A stretch of 62,946 nt of DNA, counting the filler, from Craspedostauros australis (Eukaryota): the NCBI GenBank assembly GCA_030167865.1. It is 13 parts of 13 records of this genome, joined end to end, with 100 filler letters (N's around TTAATTAATTAA, not from the genome) between each part and the next. Parts side by side here need not be neighbours in the genome. Positions count along the whole stretch, not along the records: positions 1 to 12,927 come from JALAGF010001571.1; 12 more parts are not named here. The stretch is one strand, 5' to 3'. The position numbers and the translations under genes are program-made. This document shows, piece by piece, positions 1-10,931 of the stretch. The notes under the pieces were generated by a model. The model made no database searches and was not told the origin of the DNA. It saw only the letters and a program-made list of their open reading frames with translations. How positions within the stretch are numbered: the first letter of the stretch is position 1; the number at the start of each line of letters is the position of its first letter.

Positions 1-1595
1 CCTTGGCAGGAGTCCTGGCCGATGTCGCCAGCGTTCTCGCGACAAGTGAAGTTGCCGAGGCAGGAGCTTGCAGCAATCGTGCCTGTGTTTCGGTTGCACG
101 CGCGTATACCTCCGCAGGACCCCGCGGCAATGCTACCAGCGTTTTGGGAGCACGCACTTCTATCGAAACAACTTCGGCTTGCGATATCTCCTTCGTTGTA
201 ACCACAAGCAAAATACCCCACGCACGCGTTCGTACTGACTGCGCCTTCGTTGGAGGTGCAGGCGCTTTCGCCGATACAGGATCCGGCATCGACGTTTCCT
301 TCATTGTAGTCGCAAGCTTCCTCTCCAATGCAGGATCCGGCGCTGATGTTTCCCTCATTGTAGTAGCAAGCTTTCTTCCCAACGCATGAAAATGCGGAGA
401 TATCGCCTGAGCTTTGATAGCAAGCATTGTCGCCGTTGCAAGAATACTCGCTGACTTTGACGGTGTTGTATCCGCAACTGAAGTAACCATTGCAAGAGTT
501 CTCCTGGACGTCGCCTTCGTTGTCTAAACATGCTCCGTCTGCGATGCAAGAAAATTCGCTAATGTCGCCCATATTCCCAAAACACGAACTCGCACCAAAG
601 CACGAGAATGCAGAGATATCGCCTGAGTTTTTGTAGCAAGCACTGTAGCCGTTGCAAGAATACTCACTGACTTTGCCGGCGCTGAATGTGCAACTGAAGT
701 TGCCATTGCAAGCGTAAGAAGGAATTGATATCTCGATGCCAGCGCAGGCGGACCCATCGTTGCAAGCATAGGGAGCAATCGTGATGGCCGTTGTCTCGTT
801 GAGACTGAATGCGCAAGAGGAATTGCCATTGCAGGAGTTGGGGCACACCGTCACGCGTCGGTCGCTGCCCCACGCACACGCTGTCTCATTGACTGGTGCT
901 TGACAGCAACTAGCCTCCTCGTCTGCGCACTTTGCGATGACATCTTCGGCCGTTCCAGTGAAGCACGACTTGAATGCCTTGTTGGACTTGGACGACTTCT
1001 CAGACTTGGCTCCCTTTGACGATTTCTCAGATTTGGGGGACTTGAGGTGGCGGTTGTGAGCATTGAGGGTTTCGGCCGTTCCCTCATGACGAAGTTCTGC
1101 GATGGACGCAAGCAACGCACCCTTCTCGGCATCATCTGTGGTGCCTTGAAGACGGCCAAGATCGGTGAACTTGTGCTCAAGCTTGCGCTCAAGCTTGTTG
1201 TTGTCGTTGCTCTTGGCGTTGGTGGAAGAGGTGGCATGTCGACGACGGAAGTTGCTTGTCTTGGCCTTGGTGTTGGCGTCCTTGAAGTTGGGAACAAGAT
1301 CATCAATGTTGGGCACGGAGGAGGTGTCAGAGAGGAGCATGTTCACCTTGTCCTCGGTGTCTTGTGCTGTGATCTTGGTGTTGTCGCCGTGTGCGGAGTT
1401 GAATTCCAAGATCTTGGCCTTGCGCTCAGCTGCCAGCTTGCCGAACTTCGCTTGAAGAGCGTTGATGTCGACATCAATGTTGAGATCTGGGGCGACCTGG
1501 TTGCGACCGCTCCTGTCGAGCACGGCATCGACGCCGTTGCAGATGATGCTCTGTGCGATGACGAGAGCGAGGATGTCTTTCTTCATGGGTGGCAT
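1..1595 (-). CDS. Secreted Cys-rich repeat protein (signal peptide, RxL site, KxxK cluster, ~15 x 18-aa repeats); 3' end lies outside the window
   Basis: Manual translation from ATG 1595 (or 1586) stays open to base 1 (>=531 codons); not in the ORF track because no stop is present. N-terminus MPPMKKDILALVIAQSIICNGVDA; RHL-KSPKSEKSSKGAKSEKSSKSNK at ~1052-969; repeats such as SCIGEEACDYNEGNVDAG from ~840 to 1. Confidence 0.88.
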   Translation of the reverse strand, partial: MPPMKKDILALVIAQSIICNGVDAVLDRSGRNQVAPDLNIDVDINALQAKFGKLAAERKAKILEFNSAHGDNTKITAQDTEDKVNMLLSDTSSVPNIDDLVPNFKDANTKAKTSNFRRRHATSSTNAKSNDNNKLERKLEHKFTDLGRLQGTTDDAEKGALLASIAELRHEGTAETLNAHNRHLKSPKSEKSSKGAKSEKSSKSNKAFKSCFTGTAEDVIAKCADEEASCCQAPVNETACAWGSDRRVTVCPNSCNGNSSCAFSLNETTAITIAPYACNDGSACAGIEISIPSYACNGNFSCTFSAGKVSEYSCNGYSACYKNSGDISAFSCFGASSCFGNMGDISEFSCIADGACLDNEGDVQENSCNGYFSCGYNTVKVSEYSCNGDNACYQSSGDISAFSCVGKKACYYNEGNISAGSCIGEEACDYNEGNVDAGSCIGESACTSNEGAVSTNACVGYFACGYNEGDIASRSCFDRSACSQNAGSIAAGSCGGIRACNRNTGTIAASSCLGNFTCRENAGDIGQDSCQ

Positions 1596-1757
1596 GGTTG
1601 CGTGTTGTTGTTGTCGGTGTTGTTGTTACTTGTTGTGTGTGCGCTTTGGCCTTGAGTCAAGTTGAGTTGAGCTGGTCTGTTCTCGATTTTGTGGGTGATG
1701 GCAAACAATCGCTTGAGGGGTGATACTCTTCTCATGCTATCTGTATCATGCTCTGGT

Positions 1758-1803
1758 GTTGTTTGCGTTGTTTGCGTTGTTTGCGTTGTTTGCGTTGTTT
1801 GCG
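1758..1803 (+). repeat. 9-bp tandem repeat (GTTGTTTGC)x5
   Basis: Directly visible, ~160 bp upstream of the Cys-repeat gene start. Confidence 0.9.
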
Positions 1804-3284
1804 TGCTCTTCCTCCTTGTGGATGTTGGGCATGAGTTTGGATCCAACAACTTCGGGAACTTTCAACTTCGTGGAGGTGGCAACAACGGCGAAGCCACAGT
1901 TGGGCGCCGGACATTGTGGCGCTAATTTGGTTTTGCCTCGCCATTTTTGCTCAGCGTTCCGTGGACAACGGGAGATTACTTCAGCCACCGCTGTCTCAGC
2001 AGACATGACAAGATCCTGCATAAACGTGCTCCAGTGACAACGGATGTTTGAGGTCGTGAAGTGTTTTTTGGTGATGTCTGTTGTGAGCGGGACTTGCTCT
2101 CTCTGTGCGCATCTTCGATTGATGATGCTCACTTGAGCTTCGTGGCGCGCCCTTCGCCTGTGGAGAAAGCCACGGCAGGCAGCCAAGGCAAGGATGAGCG
2201 CACACACTACCCAATGCACAACAAACAGTTGTAGCCAAACAATTCGGCGATTATTGGATATGTTCGGATCACAAGAACTGCTGTGTGGATCGTAGTACAT
2301 TTTCTACGTAAGTCCCGAACAAAAACAGGTCAATAACAGCATCAACCATAGTCAAACTTTTCGGACTTTGCTCGTGTGCGTGTTCCTGTACTCATCTTTC
2401 CATTGTAGCATCGCATGGCGTTTATATATACCATCCTGAAGTTTGGTGGCCATTGCTCTCTTGCTCGGTGAGCACTGATACGATCCGTCGGGCACCCCCA
2501 TCATTCACGGACGCTTTTTGCTTGTGTTTGGCATGTTTTCTTGTTCTGGTTGTTCCAAAGAAGTGTTCCAACTATAGCTGACGCCATGATGACGCAAGCA
2601 TTGGAACCAGAATTCTCCAAACTTGCGACCGAAATTAGGGATCCGAGTGGTCAAACATCGCTCCGCCTACCATGGGAGCACTAAACGCAAGCATACCACC
2701 ATACCATCGCATTCAAACATAATATAGACCACATGGTTGTGACCACCTCGGCGGGGGGATTCTGAAATTATATCTATTGTTCAGATTGAGCCAAAGGCCG
2801 CTCAGTCCGGAGACTACAAAGATGGAGAGCCGAATTCCTCAATAAACGAGGCAAGATCCTACAGGATCCCTGTAGAATCCTACATGTAGCCAACTGCACC
2901 CAACGAGATCCTACAAAAATCTGATCTGTCCGTCGTCCGAAGGCAAAACCACACCTAGGGGGTCAACAAACACAAATAGATCGACGAGATAGTAGTAGCA
3001 ACATGAAATGTCAATACTTTCCTGGATAGCCCTGGCTCTTAAGTTTACGTAGATGTAAAGAGATATTCGATTGAGTGCCTACAACATCAAGTCTGAGATC
3101 AGGAAAAATGGATCCAACATCTGTAACCAATTGCAACCAATTTTGGGGGTCTGTTTGTATGAGGCGCTCGAGTGTTGGTGGTGACGGTCATGGCGATGCC
3201 TATCCTCACAATTTGAATCTGTTTTGCTGCGGTCATGTCATGTGATACAACGGATCACACAGAGCGAATCTCACACATTCGACA

Positions 3285-3990
3285 TTGCTTCGATTCTATT
3301 TCTACTCGTCCCCGCTTATGAAACTCGTGCTTCTGCTTCTGCTCCAAACAGCCGCCAGGGCTGCCACCACGCTGTCCGTTGTCTTCCTTGACGAGTCTCT
3401 CGGCATGAATTCTTCCGAAATCGTGATTTTCTTCCTGATCGCTTCGTTCTGCATGCTGCCGCGCTCCAAGATGGGCGAGATCGTGACGTACCGCACGAAC
3501 CCCAAGACGTCCTGGACGGTGAACATGGTGCTGTTCGGGTGATCCTTCATCGTGGGCGCGCTGGTGCTGTCGAGTGAGCCCATCGTGTACGTGTGGGGCG
3601 CCACCGTGGGCAGGTGCATCGGGTGGTTCTACGCCACCCAGAAGGTGTTCTTCAGCATGTGCCTGTCGTGGGGGGCAAGAGTCCGAACTGTCCAGCTTCT
3701 TCGTCTACGTCACCCAAATTCTGAGCTGGCTGCCGCCGCTGGTATTCGCGATTCTGGCGGAATCGGGGACGGATCAGAAATGGTCCTTGATGGCGAGCAG
3801 CTTTGGGTTCGTGGTCAGCATCGGGTGCTTGCTTTGCGCCGGATCGTGGGGTGAGATCGTGGCCGAGGCGCAGCAGGAGGTGGAGGAGACCGGCAGGGGG
3901 TCGAAGAGTTCCACAATAGATCATGACGCAGTATCGCCGGAGAAGAGTGGGGAAGCAGAAGATCTGATCCAACTGCCTGATGCAGTGTAG
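3285..3990 (+). pseudogene. Disrupted C-terminal half of an ATG22/UMF1-like MFS transporter
   Basis: Successive TM segments and the motif GQESELSSFFVYVTQILSWLPPLVF; in-frame TGA at 3540-3542; frameshift near the G-run at ~3670-3676; no N-terminal half seen upstream. Confidence 0.65.
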
Positions 3991-4637
3991 AGTAGCATTG
4001 GACGAATATGACTGAAATCAGTCGATGGCGATCCTTTCCCTTTCTTGCTGAAGCGAGAGCGAGAGAGATGGGGTGTATCCGGCGTCGTGGTGTTGAACAT
4101 GCATAGAGTAGAGAAGAGCGTATCATATGTACAGAGTACAGTCATCGTTGAGAGTAGTGTCGTGGAGGAAGAACTCAGACTTCGACAATACTAGTAGCCT
4201 GTTGCGGATGCATGCGGGCATAGAGATGGCCCCAAATGCCGATAACTTCTTTTGAACTGGTGCCGGAAACACGATCAGCATTTCGATTTGTGAGGCATCG
4301 CCGCATTCGCCTGATGGAATTCCATGGAAAGGAGCAAGATGGGAGAGAAAGCGATGCGTTCTACTATGCTGTTCTATATTGCTAAATATAATATGTGTTG
4401 CGATGCGATGATATGCTTTGCGATGCTCTGAGTGTGACTGTGTTTGGATTGGCGGGAGTATGGTGTAATAGGTATACTATTACATCATGTTCTATACCAT
4501 CATACATACCAATGTATTGTTGCATGATAAATTGCAGGGAGTACAGTGGCTCCTCAAAATTGCTGCGCGGATCGGCGTCGGTACGAATGCGAATGTATGT
4601 CATCATCCAGATCCATCGATCGGCAAGCGCCATGCGT

Positions 4638-5384
4638 TCATTGCTTGGCACCACCTCGTCGTTGACGCTGGAAAACTTTCTTGAGTCGGCTCTTCGCGCT
4701 CATCGTCGCCGTTGTTGCTGTTGCCTCTGCTGTATCAGATGACGATGCATGCTGCGATCGTCGAAGCGACTGGGATTGCCGCCGTTTCTGCTCTGCCCTC
4801 GCTTGCGCCATCACCCGGCCGACTTCGGATTCTGTTCGGTGGGCAGATCCGTGCAGCAAAATGTCAGCGTGATCCTGCGCTGGTCGGTGATCCTGCCTGA
4901 CCGCGGCGGTGGCCAATTCCGCGTGATCTTCCGTGTCTGTGCTGGCGTCGGAGGCGGGCAAGCAACCGACGATGAAGACCATCGCATCCGACAAGGAGTT
5001 GTCCTCATCGAAATCCTCGCAGTCGGTGCACGAAGTGGCATCGTCGCTGTCGGATGCCGATGAGTGCTTGTGCGCCTCCATGCTCTGGCCTGGCAGCTGG
5101 TTCTGCTTCTTCCACACCTCGATGTCGAGCTTCAACGGGATGTTGCGGATGTAGCTGGAGGGACCCATGGGCTGGCGGCTGAAGGGGCAGCTCCCATTCT
5201 CTCGGATCCAACGGAAGATGGCGGAGCATTCGTAGCTGCGTCCGAAGCGGTCGACGACCGGCTCGTTCATCAGCTGCATCGTGAGCGGGCAGAGGAATTT
5301 CTCAGGGATGTTACTGGGCATGCAGACGTCATTGCGCTGCGTTGTGTTGGTGGAATTCTCTTTCGGCGTGGTTGAAGGTGTCAT
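4638..5384 (-). CDS. U-box domain protein (putative E3 ubiquitin ligase)
   Basis: IPEKFLCPLTMQLMNEPVVDRFGRSYECSAIFRWIRENGSCPFSRQPM fits the U-box consensus; first ATG at 5384. Confidence 0.88.
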   Translation of the reverse strand: MTPSTTPKENSTNTTQRNDVCMPSNIPEKFLCPLTMQLMNEPVVDRFGRSYECSAIFRWIRENGSCPFSRQPMGPSSYIRNIPLKLDIEVWKKQNQLPGQSMEAHKHSSASDSDDATSCTDCEDFDEDNSLSDAMVFIVGCLPASDASTDTEDHAELATAAVRQDHRPAQDHADILLHGSAHRTESEVGRVMAQARAEQKRRQSQSLRRSQHASSSDTAEATATTATMSAKSRLKKVFQRQRRGGAKQ

Positions 5385-7009
5385 GGTGTGTCTTGTGTGT
5401 TGTGTGTTGTCCTTGTGTATTGTTTTGTGTGTTGTGTGAGGACTCAATTTGTTTGTGGATTTTTGGATTTTGTGTTGCAGGTTGCGGGTTGCGAGGTCTG
5501 GTTGTTTTTGTTTTTACTTGTTGTGGTTTGTGGCATGGTTGTCCAAACAGATCTTCGTGGTTGGATGTCATCACGTAGCTCGTCGTACTCGTAGTACTTG
5601 CAGAAGAGTGTGGAAGCGAACACAGAAGGTGATCGTGCTCCATTTTGGCACGAGATTTCCAAACGGAACCGGAGACACGCACACACGAACGGAAGCGAAT
5701 ACTTGTTGGGAGACAGAGGCGCACGGTAGCACTGAGCGACATTCGGACCACAACAACAAAAACCAATCAAACATCAACAGATTGGGAGAAATGACACAAT
5801 TCCGACGTCAACATCAACGTCAACGGCTGTGAGGCCCAAAACACACGTACATTCTCCCCGCGCTAATGCTTTCCAGTTCGACCGCCACAAAGGCACACAA
5901 CCACGAGAACAACCTCAACAATCACCACAAGACGGATCAAAGTGATACTTCTGCGTTGACAAGTCCATGGGATACTTATGTATGGCTCTCGCTTCACTCC
6001 ATAATTTTAAGGGTGTCTACGTGTCGCACACAGCAACGAGGAGGCTTGTCCATTCTCAGCGAAGGAACAAGGGTGACAGTACGAATTTGCATGCCTCAGC
6101 CCTTTAAATCACATGATTTGCGTTCCACGGTCCTTCGTGATTCAACAAATATCCGCATTTTCTATCGCGCGGGCTTGATGGTTTTGTGCCGGTGAAACTC
6201 ACTTTCTGGTCCTGGCAGCAACGGTGTATTTTTGTCTGAGGGCCGTTTAAGCACGTTCTCTGCATGTCTGATTCATGCCATTGCAAGTGCGTTGCACGGA
6301 CTAATTCACGATTGATTTAAAAAGACGCGATAACGTCTAAAACGGTCGTGAATGATCTCGTCAGCCTGACGAGATGGCGATTGGAACTCAGACGGAACCA
6401 AAATTAAACCGCATCACGCGTCGACTTTGCGGCAGTTCGATCCGTTGCTGAGCGCATGGGTGTCTGCGAGCAGACAGAGACGGCATCAGACAAGTCCAGA
6501 GAGGCACGTACAGCATGTTCCTCTGTCTGGAACATGATGTCCTCATACGCCATCCTTGGGCGAACGTCAAGTGAACCAACGCTACGCTACTACCCTCCAC
6601 ATGATTGTCACAAGAGAAGAGCCACGCGTGGTATGGAATGACTACGAGTGAGCTGGTTGTTCCTGTTCCAGTTGATGGTTGGTGTCGATGATGATCGCGT
6701 GCTGCGTCGCTGCGGTGCAGCATGAGTACAAGGGAGATGGATTGGGCATCAGGGTCAAGGATGGTCGCCTGCAATTGGAGTGATCTCCTCTCTCGTGTGA
6801 TTCAAGGGTCACAATTGATCATATAATACAATCAGTATCTATTGTCATTACGATACCTCCAATAGCATTCCACGATCCTGACTCTCCTGTACGAATACTT
6901 GCCAATTGAGAAGCGTAAACTGCCTGTTCCATAGATCGTACACGACGACAATCTGCCCACGTTCGATCATCCGAGGTGGCCTGTTGCTCCATTCGCTCTG
7001 TGTTCACGG

Positions 7010-8269
7010 TTACGATTGAGGCGGTGCATACGAAAGCAACACCTTGTGGCGCAAGAAATAGTACAGCAGACTGGGATCGTCCCGGACCCTGCTCACGATG
7101 GTGCCCCACAGCGCGAGCGGAACCGAATGAACGTCATGCGTGCCACCATCATCACTCTGAAGCAGACGCCGCCCTGCACGGTTGGCTCTGACCCAAAAGT
7201 CAGCGACTCGAATCATGTCCGGCTTTGGTTTGCGCCCGCGATATTTGATGCTCTTGATCCAGAAATTGTGCATCTCCATCGTCCTTGCTATCGCCCTGGC
7301 TCCATTCCATGATGCCAGGTTGCTGCTGATGCTCAAAGACTCCAGATTGGGACCGGCATCCTGCAGAATGCGACAAACGCCGTCGCGGCCGATCGGGTTG
7401 CGATGCAGATCCAACCGCTCGATTGGACAGGCCCTGTCCGGCAACGTGGATGCAATCACTTGAGCGCCGGCATTGGATATCTCGTTCCTGCCCAACGACA
7501 AGATCCTCAGCGACTGGTTTCTCTGCATACCTCGCGATAAATTGATCACGTCCTCGTCATCGACACTGTTGCATGACAGATCCAGCGTTCTGAGACCGCA
7601 GCCCGGCAATGCGAGTGCTTGCGCAATGGCGTCGCTGTCGGCCGTCGACTCATGGCACGCGTGGCTCGAGCTCAGATCGATCTCCTCCAGCGATCCGAAT
7701 CCTGCGCCCGACAGCATGTCGGCAATACCGCGAGGCCCAAGCCGATTCCTTGCAACGTTGAGCCGCTTCAGTTGCGGGTTGTTCGCCAGGATCTTGCGCA
7801 GGGATCTTCCGCTGGACGCTGTCAAGAAGTTGAGGCGGACATTTAGGTGCTGCAGCTGACCCAGACGGTGCTGGCTCAGCAATTCGACGCCCGCATCCAA
7901 CAACCGGCAGCCTGTGAGATGCAGCGTCGCGATCGACGTATGGTCTTTGAGCGCACGCGCAATCAACCTCACCCCTTCCCTGCCCATGTCGTTGCGAACC
8001 AGCTCCACGACCTGCAGCGTGCCATTTACCAGAAGATGTTGGCCGAAACCGCGTTGGGAGGAGGGCAGCTCATCCCATTGAAGACCGCGAAGGATCAGCC
8101 GTGTCACGTTGGTGTTGCGCTCCAGCGCAATCGCAAGGGACAGCAAGTCCACTTGCTCGTCGATGAATTCCAAGAATGTGAATGCGGGATCATTGTTGTG
8201 CACCGCCACCAGGGTCTTGTGCACAACCTGATTCGGGTGCAGCGGTGCCGCATCCACGAGATGGTTCAT
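7010..8269 (-). CDS. Leucine-rich repeat protein, ribonuclease-inhibitor-like (NLRC3-type repeats)
   Basis: Repeated LxxLxLxxNxI/L units (LRTLDLSCNSV, LRILSLGRNEISNAGA, IERLDLHRNPIG); C-terminal NRAGRRLL...VPLALW...LLYYFLR tail of the kind common in diatom LRR families. Confidence 0.88.
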   Translation of the reverse strand: MNHLVDAAPLHPNQVVHKTLVAVHNNDPAFTFLEFIDEQVDLLSLAIALERNTNVTRLILRGLQWDELPSSQRGFGQHLLVNGTLQVVELVRNDMGREGVRLIARALKDHTSIATLHLTGCRLLDAGVELLSQHRLGQLQHLNVRLNFLTASSGRSLRKILANNPQLKRLNVARNRLGPRGIADMLSGAGFGSLEEIDLSSSHACHESTADSDAIAQALALPGCGLRTLDLSCNSVDDEDVINLSRGMQRNQSLRILSLGRNEISNAGAQVIASTLPDRACPIERLDLHRNPIGRDGVCRILQDAGPNLESLSISSNLASWNGARAIARTMEMHNFWIKSIKYRGRKPKPDMIRVADFWVRANRAGRRLLQSDDGGTHDVHSVPLALWGTIVSRVRDDPSLLYYFLRHKVLLSYAPPQS

Positions 8270-9929
8270 GGACGCCTTGGTGTTGTCGTTGTTGTTGTCA
8301 TCATTGTGGCGCCATCTGCATGTGCATGTGAGTGCGTTGATGGCATGTTCTGTTCTTGTTCTCTCTCGTTCTGTGCGAACACGGCAGCCAACGTGGCGAC
8401 GTTCAAGTATAACAACAAAAGGGACACACTATTCAATCGCGATCGGGATAGGATTTTCAAGTACGATCAAATCGAGACACACTATTCGAGTCATGGATAT
8501 GAAACACGTTTGCAACTTCCTCTTGCGCCCATCTAGTCGTGCTCTTCGGACTAAATAGTGTCATCGCGGCACTTGGCGCTATTGATATTCCGTGTGTCTT
8601 CACATATTTCTGTAATTACGCATTCACCACCGATACCATATGGTGGTTGCGGGAACATGGTAATTTATTTACAAATTCAATACACAATCACCTCGCAATG
8701 GCATCGCCACGATTTCATGATCACGCTGTCCTCTCAATCTTGTTCTCCTGGGAGATGACAAGTCCCAGGGAAGAAACAGCCGTCCAGAAAAGGGAAACTG
8801 GGATTGGGTGCTTCTCGCCTTGTCGCAGATGGCTGTGGGCAGCTTGGATCACATCCAAGGAGCACACACAGAGACACAGAGACACAGAGAGATCCACTTC
8901 GTTTGCCTCTTGTGTTGTTTGTGCTCGTGATCGTACTCGTATATCCGTAAGCGATTTTTAGGCGCCTGGTGAATCTACTTAGACGTAATTAAGTGGACTG
9001 CCGAGTCCACATACGAAAACGCCCACACAGCAAATTCCTTGCGGCCTTCGTCCCGGATATTCTCTCCTACACAAAGATGCCTTTCCATAAACGATCAGGT
9101 TCCGGTGAGACGGAGGCTTCGTGGCGGAGGAACCTGTGAGAGGGCGCGCCACATTGTGCTGCCTTCATTGATGTCATTGTTTATGGGGTTGTCTTGTTGC
9201 GAGAAGAAGCTCTCCGTCAGCAGGACGGGTGGAGAAGAAAGCATGGAGTGGAGGCCTCGGCTGATCGTCATACTGAAACGGCGAACTCGACACGATGGCT
9301 CTCAAGTCTACGTTCAGTTCCCCGCATTGATGCATCTCCCCAGAGCTGTGGCTCTTGGTCGACTGCGAAAGGGTCGTGAAGACTACACGCAACGGAGAAA
9401 ATCGGAAACGAAGAATGCCACTGATTCCAGTATGCGAGGCCGTCCGAGCATAATCACTTTCACCGACGCCACCAACGTGGAGCTCCTGTGAATAGCTGCA
9501 CCATTCGTCCGATCGACTGGCACAAAGGATGCGCTGCGTATTATTTGTTCCGACAGAGGGCGTGAAGTCTTCTACCAGGCATGCAACCAGGGAGCAGGAG
9601 AAATAGACGTCCTGCAAAAAAAAGCGCATATTTTCTGCATTTGTTCACGGATTGCTTCCCCAACTTTGGACTGATATGACCGAGATGTTGTCGTCAAATA
9701 ACCCCCACTCCGGTAGTATCGACGGTCCTGCTGTGACGCACACGGGCAGGTCTTTTGCTTCCAACACACAGGTGTGTGGCTTGTGTTTTCTGTCGCCTCT
9801 TCGTCGCCATGTTCTCCCGCCTTGTCTCGTTTTGCACCCTCCGTATCGGTTTCGGTTTGGGTTTCGTCCTCGCCCTGCGTTTCGTGTTTCCACACGTGCA
9901 CCACAGAACATGGCACCATGCAGCCCGAT

Positions 9930-10350
9930 GCAACACAACATCACACAAAATCACACACCCACAAAATCACACCACATCACACGACATCACATACCATCCA
10001 TCACACACCATCACATACCATCACACACCATCACATACCGCAACTCAACACACTATCACACACCACCACACACCGTCACATCACACTGCATCACACACCG
10101 TCACATCACACTGCATCACACTGCATCACACAACATCACACACGACGGCACGCAACTCCACTCAACACACTATCAAACACCATCACACACCATCACACAC
10201 CATCACACACCATCACACACGACAGCACGCAACTCCACTCAACACACCATCACACACCATCACACACCATCACATCACACTGCATCACACCACATCACAC
10301 ACGACGCGACGCAACGCAACGCCACGCCACGCAACACAACACCACATGTC
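9930..10350 (+). repeat. Degenerate CA-rich low-complexity repeat (CATCACACAC-like units)
   Basis: Directly visible; yields His/Thr-rich open frames in all three plus frames, consistent with non-coding simple repeat. Confidence 0.85.
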
Positions 10351-10931
10351 GACAGACATCAACTGCGCTTCTCTGCATTGTTCACAAAGCGTGTTCGCAC
10401 TGGTCCCCTCTGTTTCGTGCATGCCCCACATTGGCACGTGTGTGCAGTCGACTTGCTTGCCTTGTGCGTATTCCTATTTCATGTTGCTTGCCTTTCCATC
10501 CAGTCTGCTTTGCATTGAACTCTTCTCCGCACTGGGATCTTCGTTCCTGTTCAGTTCGTTGGGTTTCTCGTTTGGCCCTCCTGCAGGTTATCTTCGTTTC
10601 TATTTCGGCGAAGTTCCGGATCTGGTGCGGTTTGGCGTTGCTGTCGGCATGTTTCCATGCTGGTGTGGCTTGCTTTTTTCTGGTGGTGTTGACCTGCGAT
10701 GTCCACCATGCTGACCCTCTCTGTTGCCGCTTCGGCCACCTCCGCGTGTCACAAGCATGTTTCCTGCCGTGGTTCCGAAACCATCACGTTCAGGCACATG
10801 AATGTATTGCGCCATGGCACAGACGAAGCAACTGCATCATAAAGCAATCGACAATGTCAGAGAGAAGCTCCGTGTGTTAGTCAGTGTTCTACGTCAATTA
10901 TCGCTACTTAGATAGTCCTGTTGTGATTGGC

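Noticed and set aside
1746..2300. 184-aa minus ORF with a hydrophobic stretch and NAN repeat
   Set aside because: No recognisable domain; the C-terminus derives from a microsatellite; unsupported without transcripts.
9652..10880. His/Thr-rich ORFs in three plus frames
   Set aside because: Open frames arise from a stop-poor CA-rich repeat; no frame is preferred.
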